Source: Bacillota bacterium
GTDB taxonomy: Bacteria > Bacillota > Dethiobacteria > DTU022
Length of the DNA stretch: 64,000 nucleotides
Direction: 5' to 3'
Assembly (NCBI GenBank): GCA_040751775.1
Contig: JBFMGD010000003.1
Span: 19,201-83,200, forward strand
Below, piece after piece: positions 50,780 to 61,026 of this stretch (positions are counted from its first letter, which is position 1; every line of letters starts with the position of its first letter). Made by a program: the position numbers and the translations under genes. The notes below the pieces were generated by a model. The model did no database searches. It worked only from the letters and a program-made list of their open reading frames with translations, and was not told the DNA's origin.

Positions 50780-51188
50780 AAATAATCTCGCGGGCGATGA
50801 CCACCCAGTTTACCGTGAGCAGGTAGTCCTTCTCCTCAACGGTGAATTTGCGATTGTGCAAGAGTGACAGGAGCAACTCCGGGTTGAGGTTGTCGATTCT
50901 TTCACCGACCAGTTTTCCGGTAATCTCGTGGATAATCTTGGTCAGTTCAAGCTTCGTAAACGCGGGTATCTCGCCGTTTAGTGCAATATTAACCGCGGTG
51001 ATTTCCCCTTGTTCATGCGTGGCCCAGAGCGATTCCAATCTGACCAAGCGCTCGGTGGTATCAAAAAGCGCCACCTTTAATTTTTCATTTTCCCAGTAGA
51101 GCTGTTCCAGGCGTGAGGCGTGATAAATGGTTACGATGATGCCGCCGGCCAGCGCACCGAGCAGTAAAGCGGAAAGCGTTTGCCGCAC
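50751..51188 (-). CDS. ytrI: YtrI-like sporulation protein
   Basis: N-terminal TM then coiled coil (EQLYWENEKL); downstream of ytrH and divergent from dnaE, as in Bacillus. Confidence 0.65.
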   Translation of the reverse strand: MRQTLSALLLGALAGGIIVTIYHASRLEQLYWENEKLKVALFDTTERLVRLESLWATHEQGEITAVNIALNGEIPAFTKLELTKIIHEITGKLVGERIDNLNPELLLSLLHNRKFTVEEKDYLLTVNWVVIAREIIFSLTASPAG

Positions 51189-51190
51189 GG

Positions 51191-51520
51191 CTATTTATCG
51201 GTTCCCAGGGAAATAATGATCAGGTAACCGAGGTGCGCACCCAAAAAGGCGCTGCAAATCAGCAGCAGCTGTTTGGCCAAATCAAAAAATTGTTTGCTGA
51301 AGACACCCGCCTCAAAAATTTTAATCACCCCGAATGTTCCCCCTAAAGCCGCCACCAGCGCCCAGATCTTCAGTTCACCGGCCAGTTCAAGCATGGTGTC
51401 CAGGGGAGGCCTCCCGGTGAAGACAGCACCCAGGGCGCCCAGAAAACTGCCGCCCAGGTTAACCCCCAGAGCGACACAGAAGGTGAGGATCAGGGTCTGC
51501 ATAAATTTATCCAAGTTCAT
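51191..51520 (-). CDS. ytrH: YtrH-family sporulation membrane protein
   Basis: FCVALGVNLGGS...PPL...LKIWALVAALGGTF...KQLLLICSAFLGAHLG. Confidence 0.85.
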   Translation of the reverse strand: MNLDKFMQTLILTFCVALGVNLGGSFLGALGAVFTGRPPLDTMLELAGELKIWALVAALGGTFGVIKIFEAGVFSKQFFDLAKQLLLICSAFLGAHLGYLIIISLGTDK

Positions 51521-51535
51521 CCATCCTTTATTTTA

Positions 51536-51564
51536 TAATTATGCGCCGCTGCAAAAGGAAATAC
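51536..51564 (-). promoter_or_regulatory. Possible sigma-E-type promoter of ytrH-ytrI
   Basis: Minus strand GTATTT, 15 bp, CATAATTA; loose match only. Confidence 0.3.
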
Positions 51565-51619
51565 TTGCCGGACAGTCGAAATATTTTACGCAGAGAGATC
51601 CGGAAATGAGGTCGGAAAA

Positions 51620-54600
51620 GTGACTACACCACAATTTGTCCATCTCCATTGCCATACCGAGTACAGCCTGTTGGACGGCGCGACCCGGATCAAGCAGTTG
51701 GTTGAGCGCGCCGCCGCGTTAAATATGCCCGCTGTGGCCATAACCGATCACGGTTCCATGTTCGGTGTGATCGACTTTTACCGCGCGGCGACCAAGGCCG
51801 GCATAAAGCCGGTGATCGGCTGTGAAGTTTACGTGGCGCCGCGTTCCCGGAAACAAAAAGAGCCGCGCGCCGACGATTACCAGTACCATCTCGTGCTGCT
51901 GGCGGAAAATCAGGCCGGTTACCGCAATCTGATGAGCCTGGTCTCCGCCGGATACCTGGAAGGGTTTTACTATAAACCGCGGGTGGACCGTGAGCTGCTC
52001 GAACGCCACGCGGCAGGGTTGATCGCCTTAAGCGGCTGCCTGGCGGGGGAAATACCTTCGCTGCTATCGCGCGGCGAGTGGGAAAAAGCGCGTGAAACAG
52101 CCGGTTACTACCGTGATCTGTTCGGCAAGGACAGCTATTTTCTGGAGCTGCAGGACCACCGCCTGCCGGAACAGGCGGCGGTGAATCAAGGTTTAATCCG
52201 GTTGTCTCGCGAGATGGATATTCCCCTGGCGGCGACGAACGACGTTCACTACCTGGCTCGTGAAGATGCCGTGGTGCATGACGTTTTGCTGTGTGTGCAA
52301 ACGGCTAAAACCGTAAACGAACCGGGAAGATTGAAATTTGATTCGGAAGAGTTTTACCTCAAATCAGCCGGTGAGATGGCCGCTCTTTTCCCGGAATGTC
52401 CCGAAGCGCTGGAGAATACGCTGCGCATCGCGGAGCGGTGCCGCGTTGACTTCTCTTTTGATCAACTGTTTCTGCCGCGCTACGCGCTGCCTCCAGGAAG
52501 CAGCGCGGATCAGTATCTCAAGGAGCTTTGTCTGACCGGTCTGCGGGAACGTTACCCGGAACCGCCGGAAGAGCTGCGGCAGCGTTTGGAATATGAGTTG
52601 GGTGTTATCCAGACAATGGATTACTCCAGTTATTTCTTAATTGTCTGGGATCTGGTTCATTATGCGAAGCAGAAAGGGATCCTGGTCGGACCGGGGCGGG
52701 GCTCCGCCGCCGGGAGCCTGGTAGCGTATTGCCTGGGGATCACCAATATCGATCCGATCCGGCACGGGTTACTGTTCGAGCGTTTCCTCAACCCGGAAAG
52801 GATCTCCATGCCCGATATCGACATTGATTTCTGCGATGACAAGCGAGACCTGGTTTTACAGTATGTTATTGAAAAATACGGTCATGACCGGGTGGCCCAA
52901 ATCATTACTTTCGGGACCATGGCCGCCCGGGCGGCGGTGCGGGATGTCGGCCGCGCGCTGGCTATCCCGTACGGTGAAGTGGACCGTATCGCCAAACTGA
53001 TCCCCACTGAACCGGGGATGAGCATTCCCCGGGCCCTGGAACAGAGTAAAGAGCTGCAGGAAGCGTATAAAGACGATCGCTACAGGCAGCTGCTCGATCT
53101 GTCGCAGGCGGTGGAGGGCTTGCCGCGTCATGCTTCCACGCATGCGGCCGGTGTGGTGATCGCCCGCGAACCGCTGGTCAATTATGTACCCCTGTTGAAA
53201 ATCTCCGACGGCGCGGTGGTAACCCAATTTCCTATGGGCACCCTGGAGCAGCTTGGTTTGTTAAAGATGGATTTTCTGGGGTTAAAAACGCTGAGCATAA
53301 TGGTGGAGACGCTGGATAATATACAGCGCTGTCACGGGCGAGCGCTTACCCCGGAGTCTATTCCTCTGGATGATCAAAGGACCTATGATCTGCTTAGCAG
53401 GGGGGAAACCACCGGTATATTCCAGTTGGAAAGCACGGGCATGCGCAACGTCCTGCGCGAGCTGCAGCCGAACAAATTTGCGGATATCATCGCGGTGGTT
53501 GCCCTCTATCGCCCCGGTCCGATGGAACAGATCCCCACTTTTACCGGCAGCAAACACGGCAAGGTGCCGGTCAACTACCTCCACCCTGTCCTGGAGCCTA
53601 TCTTAAACGAAACATACGGCGTGATCGTCTACCAAGAACAGATTATGGAGATCGCCGCCCGTATGGCCGGTTTTTCACTGGGACAGGCTGACCTGCTGCG
53701 CCGGGCAATCGGCAAAAAGAAAAAGGAGATCCTGGATCAGCAGCAGAGCCTTTTTATCGACGGCTGCCGGGCGAACGGGTATACCCGGGAGTTGGCCGCG
53801 GAAATATACAACCTGATTCTCAAATTTGCTTCATACGGTTTCAACAAGTCGCATGCGGCGGCGTATGCCCTGATCGCGTACCAGACGGCATACCTGAAGG
53901 CCAATTACCCGGTTGAGTTCATGGCGGCGCTGATGACCGGTTATTGCGCGAACAGCGACAAGGTGGCCCTCTACATTGCCGATTGCAGGCATCAGGGTAT
54001 CCAGGTGCTGCCGCCGGATATCAACGAGAGTGAAACCAACTTTACCGTGGTCAGCGGCGGCCGGATTCGCTTCGGACTGGCCGCGGTAAAAAATGTGGGT
54101 TTGGGGGCGATCGATTCGATCCTGGCCGCCAGGCGTGAGAAACCTTTTCTTTCTCTAAGTGACTTCTGCACCCGGGTCGATTCGCGGCTATGCAACCGCA
54201 AGGTGCTCGAAAGCCTGGTCAAGTGCGGCGCTTTCGACTCCCTGGGCGGCCACCGGGCGCAGTACCTGGCCTGCCTGGACGAGGTGGCGGCTCATGGGCA
54301 ATCCGCCCAACGGGAAAGGGAAAACGGTCAAATTTCGATGTTTTCCCTGATGGATCAAAGCAGCCGGGACGACATTTTTCAGGACCGCCTGCCCCGGATC
54401 GCGGCGTTTTCCGATAAGGAACGGTTGGCCCTGGAGAAAGAGATGCTGGGCCTCTACATCTCAGGCCATCCACTCGAAGAGTACCGGCCGCTCATAGAAC
54501 AGATGTCGAGGTTGACGCCGTGTGCCGAACTGCAGGATCTGGGTGACAACCGCGCTGTTACCGTGGGCGGCATCGTGGCGGCGGCGCGCTCGCTCTACAC

Positions 54601-55099
54601 GAAGAAGGGCAAGCCGATGGCCTTCATCAAGCTTGAAGACCTGACCGGCAGTGTGGAAGTGGTCGTTTTCAGCGATCTGTTTGAGAAGCAGGCCCCATTA
54701 TTTCAGGAAGACAGCCTGCTGGTAATCAAGGGCCGGACGGATATCAAGGAAGAAGAGGAACCGAAGATTATCGCGGAGAGCGTTTCTCCCCTGCCCAAGG
54801 ATCCGCAACAGCTATTATTAAAAATCGGCGACCGGCGCGGTGTTGAAATCATGGCCCGGCTGAAGCAGATTTTAACGGCCGAAGAAGGTCAGATCCCGGT
54901 CTGCCTCTACTTTGAAAATGAGAAGAAAATGCTGCTTTTACCCGATGCTTATTGGGTGAGGGATGATCCGGACTGCCGGCGGCGCCTCGAGAATCTGCTC
55001 GGTGAGAGTGCCGTTAAACTGCAGGATTTAAAATCGAACCTGTGGAGTATGCTATCGAAGAAGGAGGCTGCAGATGCGCAAGATCGCGGTATTAACTAG
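51620..55099 (+). CDS. dnaE: DNA polymerase III alpha subunit
   Basis: FVHLHCHTEYSLLDG PHP domain, GPGRGSAAGS, PDIDIDF, KMDFLGL, FNKSHAAAY, OB fold; no intein-sized insert. Confidence 0.98.
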   Translation: MTTPQFVHLHCHTEYSLLDGATRIKQLVERAAALNMPAVAITDHGSMFGVIDFYRAATKAGIKPVIGCEVYVAPRSRKQKEPRADDYQYHLVLLAENQAGYRNLMSLVSAGYLEGFYYKPRVDRELLERHAAGLIALSGCLAGEIPSLLSRGEWEKARETAGYYRDLFGKDSYFLELQDHRLPEQAAVNQGLIRLSREMDIPLAATNDVHYLAREDAVVHDVLLCVQTAKTVNEPGRLKFDSEEFYLKSAGEMAALFPECPEALENTLRIAERCRVDFSFDQLFLPRYALPPGSSADQYLKELCLTGLRERYPEPPEELRQRLEYELGVIQTMDYSSYFLIVWDLVHYAKQKGILVGPGRGSAAGSLVAYCLGITNIDPIRHGLLFERFLNPERISMPDIDIDFCDDKRDLVLQYVIEKYGHDRVAQIITFGTMAARAAVRDVGRALAIPYGEVDRIAKLIPTEPGMSIPRALEQSKELQEAYKDDRYRQLLDLSQAVEGLPRHASTHAAGVVIAREPLVNYVPLLKISDGAVVTQFPMGTLEQLGLLKMDFLGLKTLSIMVETLDNIQRCHGRALTPESIPLDDQRTYDLLSRGETTGIFQLESTGMRNVLRELQPNKFADIIAVVALYRPGPMEQIPTFTGSKHGKVPVNYLHPVLEPILNETYGVIVYQEQIMEIAARMAGFSLGQADLLRRAIGKKKKEILDQQQSLFIDGCRANGYTRELAAEIYNLILKFASYGFNKSHAAAYALIAYQTAYLKANYPVEFMAALMTGYCANSDKVALYIADCRHQGIQVLPPDINESETNFTVVSGGRIRFGLAAVKNVGLGAIDSILAARREKPFLSLSDFCTRVDSRLCNRKVLESLVKCGAFDSLGGHRAQYLACLDEVAAHGQSAQRERENGQISMFSLMDQSSRDDIFQDRLPRIAAFSDKERLALEKEMLGLYISGHPLEEYRPLIEQMSRLTPCAELQDLGDNRAVTVGGIVAAARSLYTKKGKPMAFIKLEDLTGSVEVVVFSDLFEKQAPLFQEDSLLVIKGRTDIKEEEEPKIIAESVSPLPKDPQQLLLKIGDRRGVEIMARLKQILTAEEGQIPVCLYFENEKKMLLLPDAYWVRDDPDCRRRLENLLGESAVKLQDLKSNLWSMLSKKEAADAQDRGIN

Positions 55100-56036
55100 C
55101 GGCGGCGACGCCCCGGGCATGAATGCTGCTGTGCGGGCGGTAGTGCGGAAGGGGATTTTTCTCGGATTGAAGGTTTGCGGCATCGAGCGCGGCTTTGCCG
55201 GGTTGATTAACGGCTCTCCGTTCCGGCCGATGGATCTGGGTTCTGTGGCCGGCATCATCCACCGCGGCGGCACTGTTCTACATACGGCGCGTGCCCCGGA
55301 ATTTAAAGAGAAGGCTGTCCAGGAAAAAGCGGCAACCCGCCTGCGGCAGGAAGAGATCAGCGGCCTGGTGGTGATCGGCGGTGACGGCTCATTTCGCGGC
55401 GCCCAGGCGCTGGAAACCCTCGGTATAAAAACCGCCGGCATCCCGGGTACGATTGACAACGATATCCCCGGCACGGAAAATACAATCGGTTTCGATACCG
55501 CGGTCAATACCGTGCTCGACGCGCTAAACAGGCTGCGGGATACGGCAACCTCTCATGAACGGATCTTCGTGGTGGAGGTTATGGGACGAAATAACGGTAA
55601 TATCGCCCTGGCGGCGGGGCTGGCCGGCGGGGCCGAATCGATTCTTGTACCGGAGATTCCGTTCGATCTGGATGATGTCTGCCGGCGTTTGGTTAAGGGT
55701 ATGCAGCGCAAGAAAACGCACAGCATTATCCTGGTAGCCGAAGGCGCGGCCAGCGCCTTTACGGTCGGCCGGGAGATTGAACAGAAGACCGGCATGGAGA
55801 CGCGGGTCACCGTCTTGGGCCACATCCAACGCGGCGGCAGCCCTACCGCAGCTGACCGCCTGCTGGCCAGCCGGATGGGCGCGGCGGCGGTTGACCTGCT
55901 GTGGGAGGGCCGCGGCGGCCTGATTACCGGGATCAAAGGCGGTGAAATTTACCCGGTGCCGATGATGGATGCGTTCATGCACGGCCGGACATTTCCGGTC
56001 GATCTGTACGAATTGGCCCTGGTTTTGGCGATGTAA
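55074..56036 (+). CDS. pfkA: ATP-dependent 6-phosphofructokinase
   Basis: LTSGGDAPGMN, IGGDGS, PGTIDND (ATP-type Gly), VEVMGR, GHIQRGG. Confidence 0.97.
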   Translation: MRKIAVLTSGGDAPGMNAAVRAVVRKGIFLGLKVCGIERGFAGLINGSPFRPMDLGSVAGIIHRGGTVLHTARAPEFKEKAVQEKAATRLRQEEISGLVVIGGDGSFRGAQALETLGIKTAGIPGTIDNDIPGTENTIGFDTAVNTVLDALNRLRDTATSHERIFVVEVMGRNNGNIALAAGLAGGAESILVPEIPFDLDDVCRRLVKGMQRKKTHSIILVAEGAASAFTVGREIEQKTGMETRVTVLGHIQRGGSPTAADRLLASRMGAAAVDLLWEGRGGLITGIKGGEIYPVPMMDAFMHGRTFPVDLYELALVLAM

Positions 56037-56111
56037 CCGGCGGGCCTTTGTATCATTTCTTTGTTGTCAGGCAATAGCATTTGAACCCAGTTATTTGGAG
56101 GGATGGCAACG

Positions 56112-57860
56112 ATGCGGCGTACCAAGATTGTCTGTACGATTGGCCCAAGCACCGACAGCCCGGAGCGGATCGCCGAGTTAATTGAAGCGGGAATGGATGT
56201 AGCCCGACTGAACCTGTCACACGGGCAGAGGAAGGAGCACTGCGGGCGGATTGAGTTAATCCGCGATGTCTGCCGCCAATTAAAAAAGACGGTGGCTATC
56301 TTGGTGGATACCCGCGGTCCCGAAGTGCGGACCGGCAGCCTGCGGGAAGATGCGGTGTTTTTGGAAGACGGCCAGGATTTTGTCTTAACCGCCGCTGCGG
56401 TTGACGGCGACGCGCGGCGAGTATCGGTGACTTACCCGGGTTTACCGCGAGACCTCTCACCGGGGCATAGCGTGCTGATCGATGACGGCTTAATCAGCCT
56501 GCGGGTGGAAGCGATCAACGGGGATGATATTTTCTGCCGGGTAATCCACGGCGGTGAGCTGAGGAGCTATAAGGGGCTCAATCTCCCCGAAGCGCGCCTC
56601 AACCTGCCGGCCCTGGGGGAGCTTGACCGGGCCGACCTCCGGCTTGCCCTGGAACAGGAAATCCATTTTATCGCGGCGTCGTTTACCCGTACCCGGGAAG
56701 ACATTCTGGAGATCAGGCGCCTGATTGAAGAGGCCGGGGGAGAGGCGGCAATTATCGCCAAGATTGAAAGCCGGGAAGGTATGGTTAATTTTGATTCGAT
56801 CCTCGACGTCTCCGACGGCATGATGGTAGCCCGCGGTGACCTCGGGGTGGAAATACCGGCGGAAGAGGTGCCCTTGCTCCAGAAAAAGATTATTCAGCAG
56901 TGCAACCGGGCCGGTAAACCGGTGATCACAGCCACCCAGATGCTGGACAGTATGATCCGCAACCCCCGGCCGACCCGTGCCGAGGCCAGCGATGTGGCCA
57001 ATGCCATCTTTGACGGTACCGACGCGGTGATGCTTTCCGGAGAGACGGCGATCGGGCGTTTCCCGCTGGAAGCGGTCCGGACAATGAGCCGGATCGCCTG
57101 CCGTACCGAAGAAGCGCTGCAATTCAAGAATATCCTCGAGGTCCTGGAACCGGCGATGGAAAAGACGGTCACGGATGCAATCAGCTACGCTACCTGCCAT
57201 ACTGCCCAGGAATTGGAGGCCCAAGCGATCATCACCTCCACCCAGTCCGGCCATACCGCCCGGATGGTCTCCAAGTACAAACCGCGCGCACCGATTATCG
57301 CGGTGACAGCAAGGCAGCGGGTAGCGGCGCAGTTAAAGCTGACTTGGGGGGTCTATCCGGTCCTTTACCCCCCCGTTGAATCGACCGATGAGATGTTTAC
57401 AGCAGCCATCCGGGCCGCGCTGCGGGAAGAACTAATCCGGGAGGGGGACATGGTGGTCATTACCGCCGGTGTGCCGGTCGGTGTTTCGGGAACCACCAAT
57501 TTGCTGCGCGTGGAGACGGTCGGAGAGGTGCTGGTTAAGGGGACGGGTATCGGCAAGAGCGCCCTGAGCGGGATTGCTTACGTGGCCGGAGATCACGACC
57601 CGGTTGCGGGTATCGCGGAGGGTCAGATCCTGGTGATCCGGACCACCGACCGCGAACACCTGCCCGCGCTGGAAAAAGCGGCTGCCGTGGTCACGGAAGA
57701 AGGAGGGCTTACTTCTCACGGCGCCATCGTGGCGTTGAACCTCGGCAAACCGGCCGTGGTCGGCGCGGAGAGCGCTACCGATTTGATCAAAACCGGCGAT
57801 TTAATTACGGTTGACGCGGTGCGCGGCCTGATTTACCGGGGGAAGGCCAACGTTTTGTAA
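56112..57860 (+). CDS. pyk: Pyruvate kinase with C-terminal PEP-utiliser swivel domain
   Basis: RRTKIVCTIGP, IAKIE, MVARGDLG, MLSGETA, EEGGLTSHGAI. Confidence 0.97.
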   Translation: MRRTKIVCTIGPSTDSPERIAELIEAGMDVARLNLSHGQRKEHCGRIELIRDVCRQLKKTVAILVDTRGPEVRTGSLREDAVFLEDGQDFVLTAAAVDGDARRVSVTYPGLPRDLSPGHSVLIDDGLISLRVEAINGDDIFCRVIHGGELRSYKGLNLPEARLNLPALGELDRADLRLALEQEIHFIAASFTRTREDILEIRRLIEEAGGEAAIIAKIESREGMVNFDSILDVSDGMMVARGDLGVEIPAEEVPLLQKKIIQQCNRAGKPVITATQMLDSMIRNPRPTRAEASDVANAIFDGTDAVMLSGETAIGRFPLEAVRTMSRIACRTEEALQFKNILEVLEPAMEKTVTDAISYATCHTAQELEAQAIITSTQSGHTARMVSKYKPRAPIIAVTARQRVAAQLKLTWGVYPVLYPPVESTDEMFTAAIRAALREELIREGDMVVITAGVPVGVSGTTNLLRVETVGEVLVKGTGIGKSALSGIAYVAGDHDPVAGIAEGQILVIRTTDREHLPALEKAAAVVTEEGGLTSHGAIVALNLGKPAVVGAESATDLIKTGDLITVDAVRGLIYRGKANVL

Positions 57861-57917
57861 CAAGTCCCCATGGAATGTCCCCATGATGATCGAATTGGCG
57901 GATGGAGGTTTATTGCC

Positions 57918-58331
57918 GTGGTAAGGGATGAAACGGTCATTCGGGTGCGTTATAAAGATACGGATCAGATGGGTGTGGTTTACCATGCCAATTACCTGGT
58001 CTGGTTCGAGGTGGGCCGGACCGAGTTGATGCGCCGGCTGGGGATGCCTTATCTGGAATTTGAAAAAAATAATCTCTACCTGCCGGTGATCAAAGTATCC
58101 TGCGATTTCAAGGTGCCGGCGCGCTATGATGACCAGGTAAAAGTGATTACCTGGATTGAAAATCTGCAAGACGTTAGATTATTTTTTCATTATGAAATCC
58201 GCAGGGACAAAGAGTTGCTGGCCAGGGGGATGACGGAACATGCTTTTGTCAACAATCAAGGCCATCCGGTTGTTTTGAGAAAATACAGCCCTTTTTTATG
58301 GGGCCGCCTCTACAAAGCGGTGGAAGGATAA
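57918..58331 (+). CDS. Acyl-CoA thioesterase (YbgC/4HBT family)
   Basis: RVRYKDTDQMGVVYHANYLVWFEVGRTE; GTG 57918 after GGAGGT. Confidence 0.9.
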   Translation: MVRDETVIRVRYKDTDQMGVVYHANYLVWFEVGRTELMRRLGMPYLEFEKNNLYLPVIKVSCDFKVPARYDDQVKVITWIENLQDVRLFFHYEIRRDKELLARGMTEHAFVNNQGHPVVLRKYSPFLWGRLYKAVEG

Positions 58332-58391
58332 GATCAGCTTCTCTAAGCAAACTTTAAGCGGCCAGCCGGGATCTGCCGGGAGGAGATATTA

Positions 58392-59444
58392 ATGGACGAA
58401 CAAAATCGCGGTGCCGGGTTAATCTACCACCCTGATTATCTGGTGCATACCCAGGAGCGGCATCCCGAGCGGAAAGAGCGCCTGGACCATATCCTGAAGA
58501 CTCTGCGTGAAGAGGCACCGCCGGAACGGATTCGTATGATTGAACCGGTCCCGGCGACAGCGGAAGAGATAGCTTTGATTCATGATGCCGGTTATGTCCG
58601 TTCAATTGAAGATGCTTGCCAACGCGGTCAGCAGTTCCTGGATATGGATACATATCTTGTACCACAATCATATGAGGTTGCCTTGCTGGCTGCCGGAGGA
58701 GCGCTGGCCGGCCTGCGTGCGGTGATGAACGGTGATTGCCGGACGGTGTTTGCCCTGATCAGGCCGCCCGGGCATCATGCCGAAAAAAACAGGGCGATGG
58801 GATTTTGTCTTTTTAATAATATCGCGATCGCCGCCGCAGCGGCTCGGCAAGAGTACGGGCTCGAGCGGGTGGCGATTGTCGACTGGGATGTGCATCACGG
58901 CAATGGAACCCAGGACAGCTTCTATGAAGATCCGGCGGTGCTCTACATCTCGGTGCATCAAAGTCCTGCTTATCCGGGGAGCGGCCAGGTTCGGGAGACG
59001 GGCCGGGGCCGCGGGGAAGGTTATACCGTCAATATTCCGCTGCCGGCCGGCTCCGGTGATGCCGATTACGGGCTTGTTTTCGACCGGATTGTGGTGCCGG
59101 TAATCGACGCGTTCAAACCGGAGCTGCTGCTGATCTCAGCCGGGCAGGATGCCTACTACAAGGACCCGCTTGCCGGGATGGCCCTGACCTACCAGGGCTA
59201 TTATGAGATGGCCGAAGCGCTGGCCGCGGCCGCGCGGCGTTGGTGCGGCGGCCGCGTTCTCCTCTGCCTGGAAGGGGGCTATCACCTGGAGGGGCAGGCA
59301 GGCGCGGTACTGCATGTGCTCAGCGCCATTGAAAGATGGGGCCTGCCCCTACCGGAGCGCAGCCCGGCGCGGGAACCGTCCGCTGCAGTGCGGCGTCTTG
59401 CAGACGAAATCATGGTGGTGCAGAGACGCTACCGACAGTTATAA
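58392..59444 (+). CDS. Zn-dependent histone deacetylase-family protein
   Basis: HPERKER, RPPGHHAE, GFCLFNN, DWDVHHGNGTQ, SAGQDA, LEGGY. Confidence 0.93.
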   Translation: MDEQNRGAGLIYHPDYLVHTQERHPERKERLDHILKTLREEAPPERIRMIEPVPATAEEIALIHDAGYVRSIEDACQRGQQFLDMDTYLVPQSYEVALLAAGGALAGLRAVMNGDCRTVFALIRPPGHHAEKNRAMGFCLFNNIAIAAAAARQEYGLERVAIVDWDVHHGNGTQDSFYEDPAVLYISVHQSPAYPGSGQVRETGRGRGEGYTVNIPLPAGSGDADYGLVFDRIVVPVIDAFKPELLLISAGQDAYYKDPLAGMALTYQGYYEMAEALAAAARRWCGGRVLLCLEGGYHLEGQAGAVLHVLSAIERWGLPLPERSPAREPSAAVRRLADEIMVVQRRYRQL

Positions 59445-59458
59445 TCAAACCCTGTCTC

Positions 59459-59481
59459 GCAGGGGCACAGCACGCTGTGCC
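59459..59481 (+). repeat. REP-like palindrome related to the 22520 core
   Basis: GCAGGGGCACAGC-AC-GCTGTGCC; 8-bp stem 59464-59471/59474-59481; intergenic between convergent genes. Confidence 0.6.
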
Positions 59482-59519
59482 GGCACATCCAGAAACTGGG
59501 GATAAGTATGGTGTCCCCA

Positions 59520-60785
59520 TTAGTGGCTCAGTTCCAGGTGGTGGATGACCAGGCCGCTGGGCAGCTTGGGGTGAAAATAGGTCGATTTTTGGGGCATCTT
59601 TTCGCCGCGCAGGGCGCGGGCGGTTACCGCTTCGATGGGCATGGGATTCATGATAAAGGCGGCTTTGCTGCCGCACTCAAGGGTCGCTTGCCGCGCTTCC
59701 GAGGTGCTCCGCGTATAGCTGAGAGACTGTTCCAGGCGCTCTGCCATCCCCGCAAAAAGAGGGCTCAAGATATAGTTTTGCAGAATCACCGTATCGAGCA
59801 GCGCCCCGTTGCCGCCGGTTTTCGGTGTCAGGAGCAACGCTTTGCCGGGCAGGAGCAGGCCCAGCACCGGGGCGCTTTCTCCGCCGGTACGCATTTCTTC
59901 CACGAACCGTTCCAGGTTCAAATCCGCCGGGCTGCCGCGGTCGATCGCGTGAAAATAATCCCCCACGATCTGCAGTAATCTGCCGATTCGCTCCGCTGTG
60001 AGGCCTCCGACCACCCGGTGGGTCGGTAAAATGATCAGTCCCGGATCTTGCAGGCTGACCAGGAAAGCCAGGACAAAGCGGGCACCCGGAACCTGCGCGC
60101 CGGCCTCTTGCGCATAGCTAAGCGCGGTCTCATAGCGGTGATGCCCGTCGGCGATAAAAACGGGCCGCGGCGCCAGGATTTGAGTGAGTGCTTCGATTTG
60201 GGCACGGTTCCTGATGGCCCAAAGCCGGTGGCTCTCGCCGTGATCGCCGCTGATTTCAAATAGAGGCGGCTCCTGTTTTACCGCCGCATAGAGCGGGCCG
60301 GTTTCCTGTTCCGGATCGGTAAAGAGGCCGAAGATGGGACTGAAATTGGCGCGGCAGTAACGCAGCAGTTCCAAGCGATCCGATTTGGGGCGGCTGTGCG
60401 TTTCCTCGTGCGGTAGAACAACCTTGCTGGCATAAGGCTCAAGATGCAGCGCCGCCGCGATCCCGGTCCGGCGGTAGGTAGTACCGTTATGTAGGAATAC
60501 CTGCTCATAAAGGTAGAGCACTGTCTCTTTTTCCGGCAAGAGAATTTTATCCGAGAGCCAGCGCTGTTGAGTGGCGGCGGCCCGGCTGTAGCGGTTGTCC
60601 TGAGTGCAGTCTTCCGGGCGGACGGTGCCGTATTCCAAACGGATAATATTGTAGGGGCTGCGATGGTAGTAGTGCTCCTGCTCGGCGGGTCCGATTACAT
60701 CGTAAGGCGGGGTAATCACAGTTGACAGGTCGGTTACCCGGTCGCTGTTGTAACGTATTCCTTTAAACGCTTTGATTGTGGCCAT
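59520..60785 (-). CDS. DUF1015-family protein
   Basis: IKAFKGIRY, TPPYDVI, VLPHEET, IADGHHRYETAL, MPQKSTYFHPKL. Confidence 0.92.
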   Translation of the reverse strand: MATIKAFKGIRYNSDRVTDLSTVITPPYDVIGPAEQEHYYHRSPYNIIRLEYGTVRPEDCTQDNRYSRAAATQQRWLSDKILLPEKETVLYLYEQVFLHNGTTYRRTGIAAALHLEPYASKVVLPHEETHSRPKSDRLELLRYCRANFSPIFGLFTDPEQETGPLYAAVKQEPPLFEISGDHGESHRLWAIRNRAQIEALTQILAPRPVFIADGHHRYETALSYAQEAGAQVPGARFVLAFLVSLQDPGLIILPTHRVVGGLTAERIGRLLQIVGDYFHAIDRGSPADLNLERFVEEMRTGGESAPVLGLLLPGKALLLTPKTGGNGALLDTVILQNYILSPLFAGMAERLEQSLSYTRSTSEARQATLECGSKAAFIMNPMPIEAVTARALRGEKMPQKSTYFHPKLPSGLVIHHLELSH

Positions 60786-61026
60786 GACTGTACCTGCTTC
60801 CGTAGCGGTTTATACCCCATCTTATTATATTTTTTCCGGTTGGGCAATAGCGTCGTTTGCCGGCAAGGGCTTATGTTTAAGCAGTGTCAGCAGGTATTTA
60901 TACCCTGATCAAGAAATAGTTATGTAGAAAAAGTCCGAAGCAATGCAGTAAAAACCCGGGGACAACCGGCGCGTGCCCTGTCACCGGGGGCTGGGCTTTG
61001 CGGAATGCCAAGCATGAGGTGAATTT

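Noticed and set aside
51620-55099. Intein in dnaE
   Set aside because: Length (1159 aa) and motif continuity match an uninterrupted DnaE
60880-61026. Riboswitch or T-box upstream of tdh
   Set aside because: Hairpins are present, but no T-box, glycine, SAM or TPP consensus is recognisable
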